A stretch of 64,000 bases of DNA from Hyphochytrium catenoides (taxonomy: Eukaryota > Protista > Hyphochytriomycota), in the NCBI GenBank assembly GCA_900088475.1, contig FLMG01004035.1, positions 1 through 64,000 on the forward strand, given 5' to 3'. This document shows positions 27,813 to 41,510 of the stretch, piece after piece. The notes beneath the pieces are model-generated. The model was not told the DNA's origin and ran no database searches. It saw only the letters and a list, made by a program, of their open reading frames with translations. Within the stretch, counting starts at the first letter, position 1. Every line of letters begins with the position of its first letter. Position numbers and translations under genes: made by a program.

Positions 27813-30800
27813 TTAGCTCTTGATGTCATCAAGGTACTCCTTGACGCCAGCGACAATGCTCTTCCACTCCGCAACCATCGCTTTTTCCTCCTTCATCATC
27901 TTCCTCTTGTACTGCAACTCAAAATTGCTCTGATACTCCTTCTGAAAGTCTTTCCATTTCTTGATGTGCTTCTTTGCTCTCTTCACCGTGGCAGGCAGCA
28001 CCTCCCCATAGTCTAGGAGCTCCTTTTCCATCAGAGAGATCACCTGCGCACTTTCCTCCCTTAATTTCAAGGCTTCAGAAGGTTCAGCGGTGACCTTTCT
28101 CTTGGGCACTTTTCTCTTCACGTAAGTGATCTTGCCATCCTCTGCAACAACCTCCTGTTCCTCGATGACGTAGTCTTCTCCCTCGACACCGTCAAGATCT
28201 CCGTCTTCTGGTGGAAGGACTAACCTGTCCTCCTGCTTTGGGTCTGTCTCAAGCTTGGCTTCGGCTATCTTGATACCTTCACCTCCATCAGGTAACTCTT
28301 TTGAAGTCTCATGTCCCTCTTTCTCTTCGCCTATCTCCTGTTCCGTCTTCCCCTCCTTTTCCTTCTCATTCGAGGACTCATTCGGTAAAGGTTCTGAGCC
28401 AGTGAGTTGGGCCGAGGGCTCTGGCAGCTGCTCTTGCCCGTCTAAGTGGGTTCCTGTCAAGATGGTGAAAGATAGTATGCATTAGAGCGGCACTGCGTAC
28501 AGAGCAATCAAGATAATCCTGAGAATGTCAAGGGAAGAGAAAAATGAGAAAGGGATAGAGCGCTAGGCAAACATCGGCATGCGGCTGGAGGATTAGATAC
28601 CTTTTCCGCCGTCAGGTGGTTCTTTATCCACGCCTACATTGACTTCTGGAACGCCCGCTGCCGTGCAAGATTGCTTCTTAGCAGCATCGGCAGGTAGCGG
28701 GGTTTCTCTCAAGCGGAGCAGCAGTTTGTCTCCCGTCTGTCCCTTAATAATATTCTTCACCTCCTCCAAGGTCTGGAAGTTTGTCACGTTTTTGCCATTT
28801 GCTTCCACCAGCTGCTGTCCAGGCTTTATCGTAGAGCGAAGCGAAGGATATGGACAAGAAGTCTCCAAGGATGCAACGATAATATGAAGCCTATTCTCAG
28901 ACTTCTGCTCTTCTAAGTGCAGCCAATTGAGAAGCAAGGTGCCGCTGATTCCCCGAAGCTCCAGAGCTAGTTCATCCTTCTCGAGTCTGGCTACGAAGAC
29001 AGAGGCTTCTACCGTGCCTATAGGATAGCAGTGAGTCAGGAGACCCCTTCAGATTGAACACGATGAGCTGGGAACTTAAGATTGGCAATCTGAGTAGGGA
29101 TAGACCTTGCCGCATGGAAGAGAAAGACGGAGACAGATCACATAGATACAAAGCCAGACAGAGATAGGGAGATATCAAGAGAGCGAAGCGAGCTAACACA
29201 TAACAGAGAAGTTAATCCACTACACCCGCAAGGGAGAATCGTGACTGCAAAAAGGTATCCATCAGCAGCGTCAAACCCAAACTCAAAGACGTACTCTGCT
29301 CTTTCTCTATAACATCCAGACTCGTTCGATAGAACCCTAGCAGCGCCCTGGACTTCAAGCGAGAGAGGATACTCACGACTTCTTCCAGAGTCTCACCATC
29401 CACAATCCTCCCATTAATCCGCACAAGCTGGTCGCCGGGTCTCACCACCGAAGAGATGGCAGGAGGACAGTGTGCATTTATCTTAGAGACAACCACGGCA
29501 GAGCAAGACGCAGACGATATAGGAGTCTCCGGTGCATTTTGTTCCCCTTCAATCTTCTTCTCCTTATCAACTATGCCCCTCTCCACTTTGAAGCCCAACC
29601 CAAGACGAGGAAATAGACGTGGGTCCCAATAAACTGCCAAAGGAGGAGGTGCTGCCCTTCCCGTCGGGCCCTTTGCATCTCTGAAGTATTTTCTCCCTCT
29701 TAGAAAGGCGGAGCAAGCTAGAGCTCGGATGAGAAACTGCTTTTTGAAGGGCAGGAATAGGGCCTGCAAGTTCAGAGGTGGCGAAGAGGGATACCGCTAG
29801 CGGTCAATCGTAGCAGTCGAAGGAGAGTCTCAAAGATTTAGAGTCACATTAGATAAAGTCAGAGAAGTAGATGACAGAACAAACTTCAATAGCAATGCCG
29901 AGAGGGAGAGGACAGCATCATCAGGGAAGAGCACGGCGTTCTGAAGGGCGTATTTACGTTGTTAGTTGTTCCTTCTTACCCTCTGATAATCATGTCTTTC
30001 TACTTCCTCTTTGAGCTGTGGCAGATCTCTTTGCAGGAGAGGATGCGGCCGGTAGGAACGTGGAGCCACCAGCTGGTATGCGGCAGAGACTTCTGATGCC
30101 GCACTGCGCAGAGAGGCCTAATCGATTGGATATTAGTAAAGTGGCGAAGTTAGGCAGCCCTTGCGATGGAGCGAAGATGTTTTTCAGCTATAGGAAGTAT
30201 CGCAAAGAGGAAAAAAAAAGAGACAGACCTGTATAAAGCAGTCCGTTGTAGACGCAGTAGCCAACTCCGCTCGCAGTGAAGCATAGATAGGAGGCAGAAG
30301 GTCCACAGGAGCGATACTTTGAGTGGACGAGTAAACCTAGGCAGGTAAACAGTCAAGGAGTCTGATGGGGGCCACGATCAGAGGCATAGGAGAAAGAGAG
30401 CAAAATGGTCTACTTAGGGTGGAAGAGTAAAACAGGAGAAGATAGAGGCAGAGAACCCTTATCAAAGACCAGGATAAGGTAGAGCTAGGCAGGTGGGTAA
30501 GCCAGGCAAAAGAGAGCCAAAGTGCAGAGACATGGCGGACTCAATGGAGCGATCTCAAAAGAAGGGAAAGATCATGTACCAGCTGTACGGTCCTTCGGGC
30601 CTCCTCAATAAGCACGAGAGCCTTTCGAACTAGGCTCTGGTGAGCTATCACAGAAGGATGCACTCTACAGACCGGCCATAGGTGGAGCTGCCAGGCCAAG
30701 GAAAGGGGAGACAGGAAAGTCAGGGACCAAGGATCGGGAAGAAGACGTTAAAAAACGGCTCCAGAAGAGAGAAAGAAAGAGAGAGACAGAGGGACAGAGA

Positions 30801-33800
30801 GTGACACCGAGAGAGAGAGACCCACACAAAGAGAGGAGATCTCACCCCTCTCCGTGACAACTCTTTTTTTTCTTGTGTGGACCCTCTGGAAAAAGCTTTC
30901 CAGAGCTTGTACTCCGACCAGAAGAAGAGACAGAGGCGTCCCAGCGTGAGCCCATTTATCAATATAAGTACTATATTTTGAGAGTACGCCACTGTGAAGA
31001 CGCTTTTCCAGCCGCTGGCGATCAAAACACCTAGCAGAAGGGGAAGTTGATAGATAGGAAGTAGCAAGGATATGGTCAGCAAACCCACCACTAGATGAAC
31101 CAGGCACAAGTGTGAAAGAATTGGGAGGTTGATGGCTTCATAAAGACAGAGTAAAGTAGAGTGAGAGAAGCCAGAAGACCTATGTAATACACCGAAAATG
31201 GATAAAGGAAGAGATAGGCGTCAGAGACCGTGAAGTTTGCTTGTAACGGTATCTCTATTCTTAGGTTACCTGTAGCTGCATTCAGCACCAGCGCTGTGTC
31301 CAGCAGGTGACAGAGCTCGTTGGAAGAGCGCAGACGGAAGGGAGATTGGTAACCCCTGTACACTGCATAACAGAGAAGTACCAGAAAGGTACCCACACTT
31401 TGCGGGAATGAAGAGGAAAAGATCGGTCCGACAGTCATCGCCGCAATAATACCCTTGAGAAGAGAGAAGGGAGTGAGTGATAGGGACTGAGATCAGAATA
31501 GCAGTAACACCAAGAAGTCACTGAGTAAAGACTGACCGCTCTATATAAGAACTTTTAAAGGCGTACGTAGAAGCTAGTCAAACTCTCAAAGAGTAGAGAG
31601 GATATAGACGAAGGTTTGATAGGCTTTCTCCTACCAGGCGTAAGCAGAGGCTAAACACAGGCATCCAGATGCCTGAGCGGGTGAGAGAGGACACGAGGTA
31701 AAAACCTTCAGTGTAGTAGTCGGAGCTAAGGCCAAAGAGAAGCTCGTACTCCTTGAGCTCCAATAGAGCCAAATGAGACTCTGCAGTACCAGTGAATGAG
31801 TATATTAGCAAGAGAGTGAGGAGTGAGAGAGAGAGAAGAGAGAGATGGAAGAGCGAGGGCGAGAGAGAGAGAGGGAGAGAGACTCCCGGAGGACGACAAC
31901 CCAACACTGGAAGATATATTACCCTCCCGTAGGTCATAACGTGTCGTCTAGGTCCTCACCTTGTCCATCTAGGATCACCGTCGCTTTCACCAGCCCTACA
32001 ACGTGTGACAAGCTCCAGATGGCAATGGCCAGTAATACCAACAAACAAGTTGCAGCGATGGCGCTGTAACGAGAGAGTGAGACGTTAGGCAGATACCCCT
32101 CGGCGAGTAATTGCAGTGAAATTAAGAGGATATATCTTTGCAGGCGATGGTTACGGCCGGGTAGGAGTTAATTATATAAGAAAGCCACCAATCAATAAAA
32201 GGCTGAAGAATCAGTTGACCAAGAATAGGCGACGCTTGAGACATAGGGGAGAGAACAGATAACGATGGAAGGTAAATGAAGATGCGAATGAGAGAGAAGA
32301 AGAGAATTAAAGAAAGAACGAGAGGCGGAGCGAGAAAGAGAGAGCTAGAGGGAAAAAAAGAGAAAATGAGAGACAGAGACAGAGTGAGTAAGAGAGAGAG
32401 AGGCGCAGAGGAAAAGAGCAGAAAGAGTAATATGTCTAGCAATAATACGTACAGGTTATTCGAAGTGATGCATCTCTCAGTGGGGTCAAGGGCGAACTTT
32501 CCCTCGAATGTGCAAACAAGCGGTCTACTGAGCGTGAGCAGAACTACGGAAGTGCGTTAGAAGAAAAGGGGAAACGGGGGGAAAAACGAAGAGTTACGGG
32601 CAGAACGCTCCCGCATCATCCCTGTTTAAAGTTCTTTTTCCTTCTTGTTCTCACCAGGGACAAACACCAGTTGGCCGATGTAGAGAGCGTATGCCTTAAG
32701 TCTTGCTTCAACTTCAAGAGAACTGCCTCTGAAGTATAACTGCAGCCATTGCCTCTGACGGGAGGTCCAGAGGAGGAGGAGACAATAAATGGACAAAGGC
32801 ACCAGGAGCCAGAGTCCAGCATAGATCACGTACAGCTCGTAGCTGGTCCTAGATAGAAAGCAGGCGCAACTGACGGTGAGAGGGAGCTAAGCCTTGGAGA
32901 GCTGTACGGTAACGGAAGGAAGACGCAGAGACGAGAAGAAAGAGAAGTGAAAGAACTGGAGGATGCGTGAGGAAGAGGGCAAGAGCTACAGGCAATGACA
33001 GAGGGAGGCGCATGAAATGGAAAGCCTACAGGTAGAGAGAGAGAGAGAGGCAGAGAGAGAGAGAGGGAAAGAGAGAGCCAGAGAGAGACAGAGAGAGGGA
33101 AAGAGAGGGAAAAGTAAGTGAGAGGGAGAGACAAACAGAGAGAGACAGAGAGAAAGACGGCGCAAGGTACGAGGAGGACGATAAGATAAAGTCCCAGTTC
33201 GATAGCAGGAACGATGTATGCCTTTCAGACTTGATTCGTTTGTCTAGTTCCGAAATGCACATGAATAGATAAAGCTTCTGAGCCCTCACCAAGAGTTGCC
33301 TGATCCGGCTCTAAAGGCTCCAGGCGCTAAGCTGTACCAGTCACAGATAAAGACAAGGACCCACTGGGTCCAAGCCGTCCACTGCTGGGACCAGGGCCAA
33401 GCTCTCGAGGCGTTCCATAGGAGACCGTAGAGCTGAAGAAACTCTAGGATAAGAAGCGCTTTCTCTGCCCAGAACCTGGAGAGTTGGGAGCTGATGAAAG
33501 GATAAGAACCAGGTGAAGATGATAGTTAACAAGAGTAAAAGAGCCTATTTTATACCACAGACAAGCTGATGATAGGGAGACGTAGAGTAGGAGAACTACG
33601 GAGAACATGCCTTCATAAGTATGGAGCTAAGCTGCAAGGAGCAAGGGAGTGAGCCAACAGCTACTGGTATGGACGTACTCTTCCGTAAGGTTCGGGTTCT
33701 GGCGCTTCAGCTCTTGAAAATAAGCATCAATATCCTCTTTCTCCGCCGGCTGAACGACCTCCACTAAAGATCCCGGAGCTCGGACCTCACCCAACAGCTT

Positions 33801-33857
33801 ACTCCCAGGAGGCAAGGGTGTGATATTCGTGCTTCTGCGGCGTAACAGAGACATCAT
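27813..33857 (-). CDS. Multipass membrane protein with two C-terminal PDZ-like domains and a charged helical tail; many exons
   Basis: Hydrophobic exons: FWAEKALLILEFLQLYGLLWNASRAWPW; YVIYAGLWLLVPLSIYCLLLLW; AIAATCLLVLLAIAIWSL; TFLVLLCYAVYRGYQSPFRLRSSNELCHLL; IVLILINGLTL. PDZ1: LGLGF...VVVSKI...VRPGDQLVRINGRIVDGETLEEVVSIL. PDZ2: IIVASL...IKPGQQLVEANGKNVTNFQTLEEVKNII. Not every junction was resolved. Confidence 0.62.
33034..33152. repeat. Imperfect (GA)n microsatellite, intronic in the PDZ membrane-protein gene
   Basis: GA-rich run read directly. Confidence 0.85.
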
Positions 33858-35458
33858 TCGAGCCGCCACTTAAGTTTTAACGGAATCAGAGCAGGTTACC
33901 CCATAGGGGCGTGTCCGGAGCTTTATCACCCATTCAGAGCCAAAGATGGCTCACGCCAAAAGTCAGTCGAATATGCGGCCTGATGGGAGATCATCCTACC
34001 GAGCCATCACTCATCAGCTTTGACTTAGCCATCCGCTCTCATCCTTGCTTCGTCCCCGTCCGCCTGACTTCTATATATATATAGCTACGACATGACTACG
34101 CGGCGACAGGCGCAGCATGGACAACAGCCAAGAAGCAGTGAGTTGGCTGGCAGGTTCGATGAGCCTGCTGATCGAAAGGAGAGACAGGACTCCGCGGAAG
34201 GGGAAGAAGACCTTGACCATCCTGTCAGCAAAGAAAGAAGCACTTCTTGTCTTGGTCTGCGAAGATAAGGATGTCCGTTTCAGGCTAAAGGTTTCGTTTC
34301 GCTGTTAGAATTTTAAAGTTGGAAACCTTGCCAGCAATAAATACAGCGAATAAAGGAGGCGAAAACTTGATACTGAAGCTTTCGCACAACCAAGAATAAG
34401 TTTCCTTTCTGAAAAACTATCTTCAATAAGCTGGTGATTGACGCTGCGAAAGCGGTGCGTCTTCCCTTCTACACCTTCTCGTCTCCATCACCAACGAGAA
34501 GCTGGATGGATCGGCAAGAAGAAAGGAAGCGCATGCTCAGTGACAGAGTGTGTCATTCTTTCTTTTGACAGAGTGAACGTGGGCTTGCTTGGGTGGCTAT
34601 CGCTGGTCTCTGCCAATTTTCGGATGTGTATTGTCTGGTCCAATGTATTGGACCTTAAGAAACGGTTGGGTCGAGATAGAAGAAAGAAGACCGCAGATTG
34701 GCAACATGGTGACGCTGAAACGTCTTCCTTGTACTATCACTTAATTGAGCTGGGTCTCCTTGCCTTTCCCTTTCGTGTGGTCTCTGAGCTGTTGCCTGGC
34801 TCACAATATTAGAACCTTGACCCTGAGGATCAAAGGCAATTGCTAAAGGGTAGTAGACATAGATTGTGAAGGTTACCTTAGGGCGTACATTGAAACTTCA
34901 ATAAGGACATGAAGAGAAGGCAGGCCAGATGTCAATAGTGCTGTGGGGAGGCCAAGCAATCTGGCTCTTGGCCAGTATTTACCGGGTGAACCATGCGCCT
35001 AATAACACTTTTTTAAAAAGTTGATGAGCTTCGAAAAGTATCACCCTGTTACTGGCTTCCTTTCTCCTTCACTGCTTATCGAGCTTCCATGTTCTGTAAG
35101 AGGTGATATACAGCAAGCCCTCATTATCTACCACCACAATAGCTTCAACGACGATCCTATCTTCAGCTCTGTAAGACACTGTCAGAAGCATCTTCCAACG
35201 GAGCTTATTACTTTGTCACTCCTTCCTAGCATAGATATGGCCTCGTAGCGTGAGACTGTACACCGGANNNNNNNNNNNNNNNNNNNNNNNNNNNNNNTGT
35301 TGCAGGGAAGCTGGCCTAGTAAGACCGTGACAAATGGACAGCTAACCAAAAAGAGCAGAGTAATAAGATTTATGAATAATACTCCGTTGTTTCTTTGCTT
35401 TATAGCGTACTAAAAGGACTTATAGCCGCCGCAAGGGAAGCCGGTAGACGGAAGGAAG

Positions 35459-36462
35459 TTACATCAAAGAGTATACAGCGAACGCTACAACCGTAGAAAC
35501 GACGCTGAGGCAGACTGAAGCAGCATCGCTCTTCTTTGCAGGCTGCACGTTGTTCTTGGTGGTCGTCTGAGTTGCTGCCTTTGCAGTAGAAGGAGCGGGC
35601 TCTGCCTTTTTGGTGGTAGGAGCAGGAGTCGGAGCAGGAGCAGGTGCTCTCTCAGTAGGAGCAACGGTAGGAGCCACAACTGGTACCGTGGTGGTAGGAA
35701 CCACAGGGGCGTGGGTTGGTGCCAGAGTGGGTTGTGTTGGGACCACAGGTGGGCGAGTGGTGGGAACGTGTGGCTGGTAGTAGATCTTGTCAGTCTTATC
35801 AAAGTCGTAGTGCTTGGTCTTCTTCGCTCTCTGCCACTGGGTGTGCACGTTCTTTCCGTGGTACTTGAAGAGATCATCTACGCCGTAGATCTTAGGCTTG
35901 TAAGGCTCCTCATCATCCTTTTGATAGTGACGTCCATACTCATCAGGATAGTAATCCTCGTCGTAGTATTCGTCCTCTTCCTCAGGGTAGTACTCGTCCT
36001 CCTCTCCGTAGTAATCCTCCTCTGGATAGTACTCTTTCTCATGGCCATACTTGTCCTTGCCGTACTGCTCCTCGGGGTAATACTCCTCTTCATGGCCATA
36101 CTCGTCCTTGCCATAGTACTCGTCTCCGTGATACTTATCAGGATAGTACTCGTCCTCTTCGCCATAGTATTCATCCTCTTCAGGATAGTACTCATCATCC
36201 TCCTCGTAGTAGTCGTCTCTGGGCTGAGAGTAGTGGTTGCTGTAAGTGCCAATACCTACCGACTTCTGCATGACCTGACCTCTTCGACTGCACGTTTATA
36301 GGACGAGAGAAGTCAAGAGGGGAATATTAGACTTTTCTGCGTGTGCTGTTCTACGATAACATAGACTTACACTGAAGGGCGGAACTGCCTGTGCTGGCGG
36401 ACATCAGCAGAAGCACAGGCAGCAATGGCCGCAAGGGTGATGAGCTGGGTAGCGATCTTCAT
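35459..36462 (-). CDS. Secreted, probably GPI-anchored surface protein with Tyr/Glu/Asp-rich repeats and a Pro/Thr/Ala stalk; 2 exons
   Basis: Signal MKIATQLITLAAIAACASA (exon 36371-36462) splices in frame to ORF 35459..36271. Repeats EEDEYY(P/G) and YGKDxYGH, a PTLAPTHAP stalk, and C-terminal KKSDAASVCLSVVSTVVAFAVYSLM. Confidence 0.85.
35940..36215 (-). repeat. Imperfect coding tandem repeat (~21-bp GAGGAGGACGAGTACTAC-type units)
   Basis: Recurrent tagtactcgtcctc, tagtattcatcctc and catggccatact units on the plus strand, encoding EEDEYYx and EYGHE. Confidence 0.8.
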
Positions 36463-37949
36463 CTTTCTAGAGATGCAAAGGCCGGTGGAGACACGACAGT
36501 ATCGACACTAGGCGGGAGAAAAGAGTTATGAGCTAGCTATCCAAAGCGGCAGTGACGCTGGTCGAAGTGTCGTCTGGGCCCTAGTACGTCTTTTCAAAGA
36601 GAGAAGAAAGAAAGAGAAAGAGAAGTTCATGAAGAGAGATAAACGTGCCAGAAGGAGAGAGAAAGATCGATGGCACACATACATAGAGAGAGAGAGAGAG
36701 CACCTGCTTGGAGCTGGCACGGGCGTGTCGGCATCGGAAGGCCGGCAAGGAAGGGTCCATGAGGAGGCAATCCGGCCGTTGGTCGCTCAGGAGACGGAGT
36801 CGAGATCCTCGAAGTGACCACTGTGACTCACGCTTCTCTTCAAACACATCTATATCTCAAGCTCAGTGCTCTTAGTCCCCTCAGAAACCTAGTGTTCACT
36901 ATGAGGGACAAGTTCAAACACAACGATATTGGACAGACACACGTTGAAGACGAAAGGGAGCGAAAGACTGACAACCTTTCGCTCTCCTGGGAGAGCCCAC
37001 CCACCCTGCCTCTGAAGACAGCACAGCTAGGTATAAACGATGGAGATTGAAAGGTCGAAAACGGGTGGGACGGCGTAATGCTGGTAAATGTATGGATGTG
37101 TCTACCCCTTTCCGGTCAGCTGGGGCCATGACCTTCACAACAGACAAAAACGTCAAAAGAGGGTCTACGTCAAAAAAGCAAAGAGAAAGCTTTCTCTATG
37201 TCTCTATACCCATTTCCCATAGCTGGCTAGAAGAGTCTTTATACCCCGTTTCGCTTCAATATCTCCAACAGGACGTGAACAGTCGCAAGAAGGGGCGATA
37301 ACTCCTTCCCCCTCCTCCTCCTTTCTGCAAACTGACAAACCCTAACATTTACTATGGCCTCCAGAAACCCTAACAATCTAGTTCACTCGATATGGTCTCT
37401 TCGTCTAACGTCTGGCGCCACCCCCATCAGGGCCGGAAACCCCATGTTGCTGTCTAAATACTTAGAGGGAGTGCCTACTATGCCGGGGTTGTTGGAAGCT
37501 ATCACCAGAAACTGCTATGTTGGTGTCTAAGGTGGAAGAAAGAGGAAAATCAAGGGCGGCAGACAGGCAGGCGGCCCCCAGGCACATAGTCAGTCTCCTT
37601 GCCTCTACTTGATGGCCATGGCTCCTTGCTCTTCACCTCTCTGCCCCTGTTACGAGTAGAAAGTACAAAGGACCAAAGGAGAAAAAGAGAGAGGGAGAAA
37701 GAGAGAGAGGAGAGGAGAGAGCGAGAAAGAGGAAAGGAAGGAGAGAGGGGAAGACAGGAGAAAGGGTAGACTCTCATTCAGAGCCATGGAGAGGTGCAAG
37801 GAGGACATGCATAGCGAAGAGAGGATGACAAGACGACGCCAAGAAGGAGAGTTCAAGGGTTACAGAGGAAGAGAAAGGGAGAACGATGAGAGGAAAAGAG
37901 AGAAATGTCGACACAAGGCAGGAGGAGGCTCCTCTGAAGGATTAAATAT

Positions 37950-39920
37950 TTAGCGTTTGGGGCTCTTAGCTGCCTCCAATCGATCATCCAAGCGAACAGT
38001 GAGAACTTGCAGGTCAAAGAGATAGTCGAGAGACCAAGGCTTCCGAAGAAGCAGGGACATAGTCACGAAAGGAGTTCCCATCCTACTCGTACTCTCCTTG
38101 CCGTCGTGGTTCAGGATGTTTCCTGCTAATAATAAGTCCTTCACCTACATCCCTCATCTTCACTCCGTTCACCCTGGCAGTCCACCTCGTCTTCTCGAAA
38201 GCTGATGATGCATATCACTTTCTAAATGACAGGTAGACGAAAGCTATACTTATCCTTGCTCCATTAGTAATAGTTGATGTAACCACGAGGGAAGGGCATA
38301 GTCTCTTGTTCCTATAAGATTGACCTGACCCAGCTTCCATGTCCTCCTTTCTACTCGTACTCTCACGGCCGAATGTGGTTGGATGAGAACGCTATTCAGA
38401 AGAGTTCGCAGCGTTAACTTCCAGGGCAAGTTGGCGCGTGGAGCTCATAAGGTGTTCTGTTGACCTGGCAAATAGCCCTGCACCTCACAACGGCCAACGC
38501 AACGTCTAATAAGCTGTCATCCTCTCTTCCCTTGCGCCCCACAGTGAGTGCAGATGCGACTGGTGATATGACAACATTTGGGTCACACAGCTTTATCCGC
38601 TCTCACATCACAAAGTAGTATTGAGAAGAAGAAACGAAGGCAGGACGCCGCAGCACACCGTAGATAGAAAGTCACCGCAATTGTTAAGGACGTGGGCCTC
38701 ATCATTTCGCCTTTGTCCTCACGTATACTAAGTTCTTTAGAACGTAGAAGCTCACGAGGATAGTAGCAGAGCTTGTCAAACTTATTGTGGGTTTGTCGGC
38801 AGAATGTCAGTTTTATATGTTCCTGCTGCCTTCCACTACCCTCTACGCGATGCACAGGGTAACCCTGCTTCCCTGGAGGTTGCGTCCATTGGCTTCAATC
38901 CGCGTCAACGATTGCTAAAGGCAGGATATGATAAGAGACAGCTTTACATATGGAGAGCTTCGAGCTACCCATAATAAGGGCTTTTATGGAAACTTGGTAC
39001 CCAGGTCACCTAGGCTAGTCACGGAGAGAACTGCGCCGTGGGAGGCCTTCGACTCCGCTACTGAGGTCCACGAAGGAGTACAGAACGGCACCAGGTGACG
39101 GTCGAGTAAGACTATCTTCTAGGAGATAAATAAAGGAAAAACACTTTATTGCTTTTCTAGAGCTCATCATGGGGCGCACAAGTTAACTAGAAACTCTCTG
39201 AGCCGCCTCCTATCTGTTCCTGCCCCAGTACAATTGCAAAGTTTAGCTTAGGCAATGATAATATTGGCCTTCTTTCTATGTTCAGTTCTACTATCCACCA
39301 CCTCCACGGATAGTAACTTGGACATCTAACAAGCGTTCGGGACGCTTTCGGACGGTTTTAGACGGAGGATGCTTGGGACTTTGGTTCCGTCATCGTAGGA
39401 TCCCATTGACAGGCTGGGATAGAGACTCGTCTCTACAGCACCGGTACTTACAATGCTGCTCTACGAAACTCAATAGCCCTTATTCAGTTGGTCATCAAGC
39501 CTCGTTCCTCCTCGTAGTCATCAGATCTTCTGTCCTGTCTCCCGGCATAGAGCGCAGCTCGCCCTCCCACATCCAAACCAAGGCTCCATACTTTGAGTCC
39601 ATCAGATAGAGCTCGCCTTACTTCTCATCAGGGCTTCGGATGCATGCAAAGAGACAATAAGAGACGAAGACTGCACGATAAGAACCTCAACAAAAATATT
39701 ACTACACCCGTAAGATAATGGAGGATTCACCAAGAGCCTGAGCCTATTATTACACCGAGGACTGCCAGATTGAGAGTTGGAGACTCATGTGAACAGTTTC
39801 CAAGCTTCTCGAAGGGGAAGAGTTATGTCTGACCTTGAGACTCGTCATAGAGGTTGCAGCCGAGGCGAGCTTCATCCACAGCGCGTGCTTTGCCCAGCAG
39901 ATGGTAAGGGCACGAGCCAT
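37950..39920 (-). other. Possible short-exon spliced gene of unknown function
   Basis: Several AG-bounded open segments with GT donors on the minus strand (e.g. VKDLLLAGNILNHDGKE; MARALTICWAKHALWMKLASAATSMTSLK). No family recognised and no complete model built. Confidence 0.2.
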
Positions 39921-40131
39921 TGAGCAGGACAAGGTTAGGCGTTAAGGGTCCCAGAATAGCTATTGAGGGTGGAGGGGCTTCTGGAAGGGCGGTGCTTCTG
40001 TTCGCCCACGGTTTCAGTACGCCAAAGGTTCTTCGGATAACCCAGTTCTAGGTATATCCTCAAAAGGTAGACCTGCAGGTGGAGCCTCTGAGGTGTTCAC
40101 CCGCTCCGGTCCGGAGCGACCTCCTTGCTTA

Positions 40132-41478
40132 ATGCCGCCTATCCTGTCGGCAGCTCCTCTGTCTACCTCTTTGCTCCGCAGCCTGATGCCGGGAGAGAAC
40201 TCATATACCGACGAGCCCCCTCAAAATGCCAGCACCGCGCAGTATCGCAAAGGTAAGGACATTTGCGTCGTGCCAGTGCGAAGGTCTTCTGTCTGTTGTG
40301 TCCTGAGGACGGCCTCTCCGCAATCACCGGCCTGCCACGGTCTTTGGTGAGGTGTCAAGGAGCTGTGCTAAGGTCCTCCTTCCTCTATGCATTGTGTGGC
40401 TATCTCCTGTCTTTTTGGTATTATCTTTTCGACCTTCTATCCCCCGGGGGTTCCTGACTTCTTGTCGTACGGACGTTCAGGCGTGTGGCTGAGCAAAGAA
40501 GAGAGAGGATCAATCTTGTCGTGTCTCTTCTGCCGTATAGCGCATGGTTTAGAGGGAAGCAGAAAGGAAGGTCTCCTCTACGAGGATGAGCACATTGCAG
40601 TCTTTCGCCCGCTCAGGATAGCAGGCGCAGAGCACTGTCTGGTACGCCTAATCTTCTGTCTTCACTGTTGCGGGGTTAGGGCCCTTGCAGTCTCTGTCTA
40701 GCCACCCTCTTAATCTATCCTACGCTTGCCCTAGCTTCGTCCAGTCTCTTCCAAATATCTCAGTACTCTCAAGCCCAATTTTTGCCTGGCAGGTGCCTGG
40801 CAGTCTGTCTCCCTATTTCTTTCTATCTCTTCCCTCAACTTACGGTTAGCTGATCTCATCGTCTCTTTTGCCTAGACATACCTTCGTGCTTATCAGAATG
40901 CCTTACTTCTCTATCACTATCATTCTCAGGTTGTTCCCAAGAGTCATATCGGCACCACCAGGGAGCTGAAGAGCCATCATCTGGAACTTTTGAGACACAT
41001 GGCTGACACGGGGTTGAATACGATTAGGGCCTCTGAGAACTTGAGGCTAGAGGAAATAGGAGACAGAAGACGGACCCAAGCCGTGGTGCAAGTATTTCAC
41101 GTAAGCGCGTGGATGTACGCGTATCCTCGCCACCATGGCCTATAACAATCTTGCTTGCCTACCTTCTATTCTCTCCTTTTCATCGCCTCTCCCCGCCATC
41201 TGTCAGTTGCGGATTTCATTGGTTACTGTCTCTCCCTTCCTTAGTTTCCTCATAGCGTCTCACACTCTCCTCTCTCTCCGTTTTCTCACTTGCTTCCTGT
41301 CGTTGTTGTCTTGGTCCTGTGCACGTAGGTCCCACCTTTTAACAGCATCGACCACTTGCACCTTCACTGCATCGTACGACCCTTTCGGTCACTCTTCATG
41401 CGAGTCAAGTACTTGCCGGGTATGCCATGGTGCAAATCGTTTGGCAAAGTGTATGAAGAATTGGGGGGAAAGACGTAA
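40132..41478 (+). CDS. Histidine triad (HIT) nucleotide hydrolase, HINT3/HINT4-like; 4 exons
   Basis: Spliced product contains CLFCRIAHG, LLYEDEHIAVFRPLRIAGAEHCL|VVPKSHI and FH|VPPFNSIDHLHLHCI (HxHxH triad), then RVKYLPGMPW. Stop TAA at 41476-41478. Confidence 0.9.
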
Positions 41479-41510
41479 AGCAGCCCGCAACGAAAGATAG
41501 AGTGGATGTT

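Noticed and set aside
35940-36215. CRISPR-like or non-coding repeat array
   Set aside because: The units are imperfect and codon-phased, lack unique spacers, and lie inside a eukaryotic coding exon.
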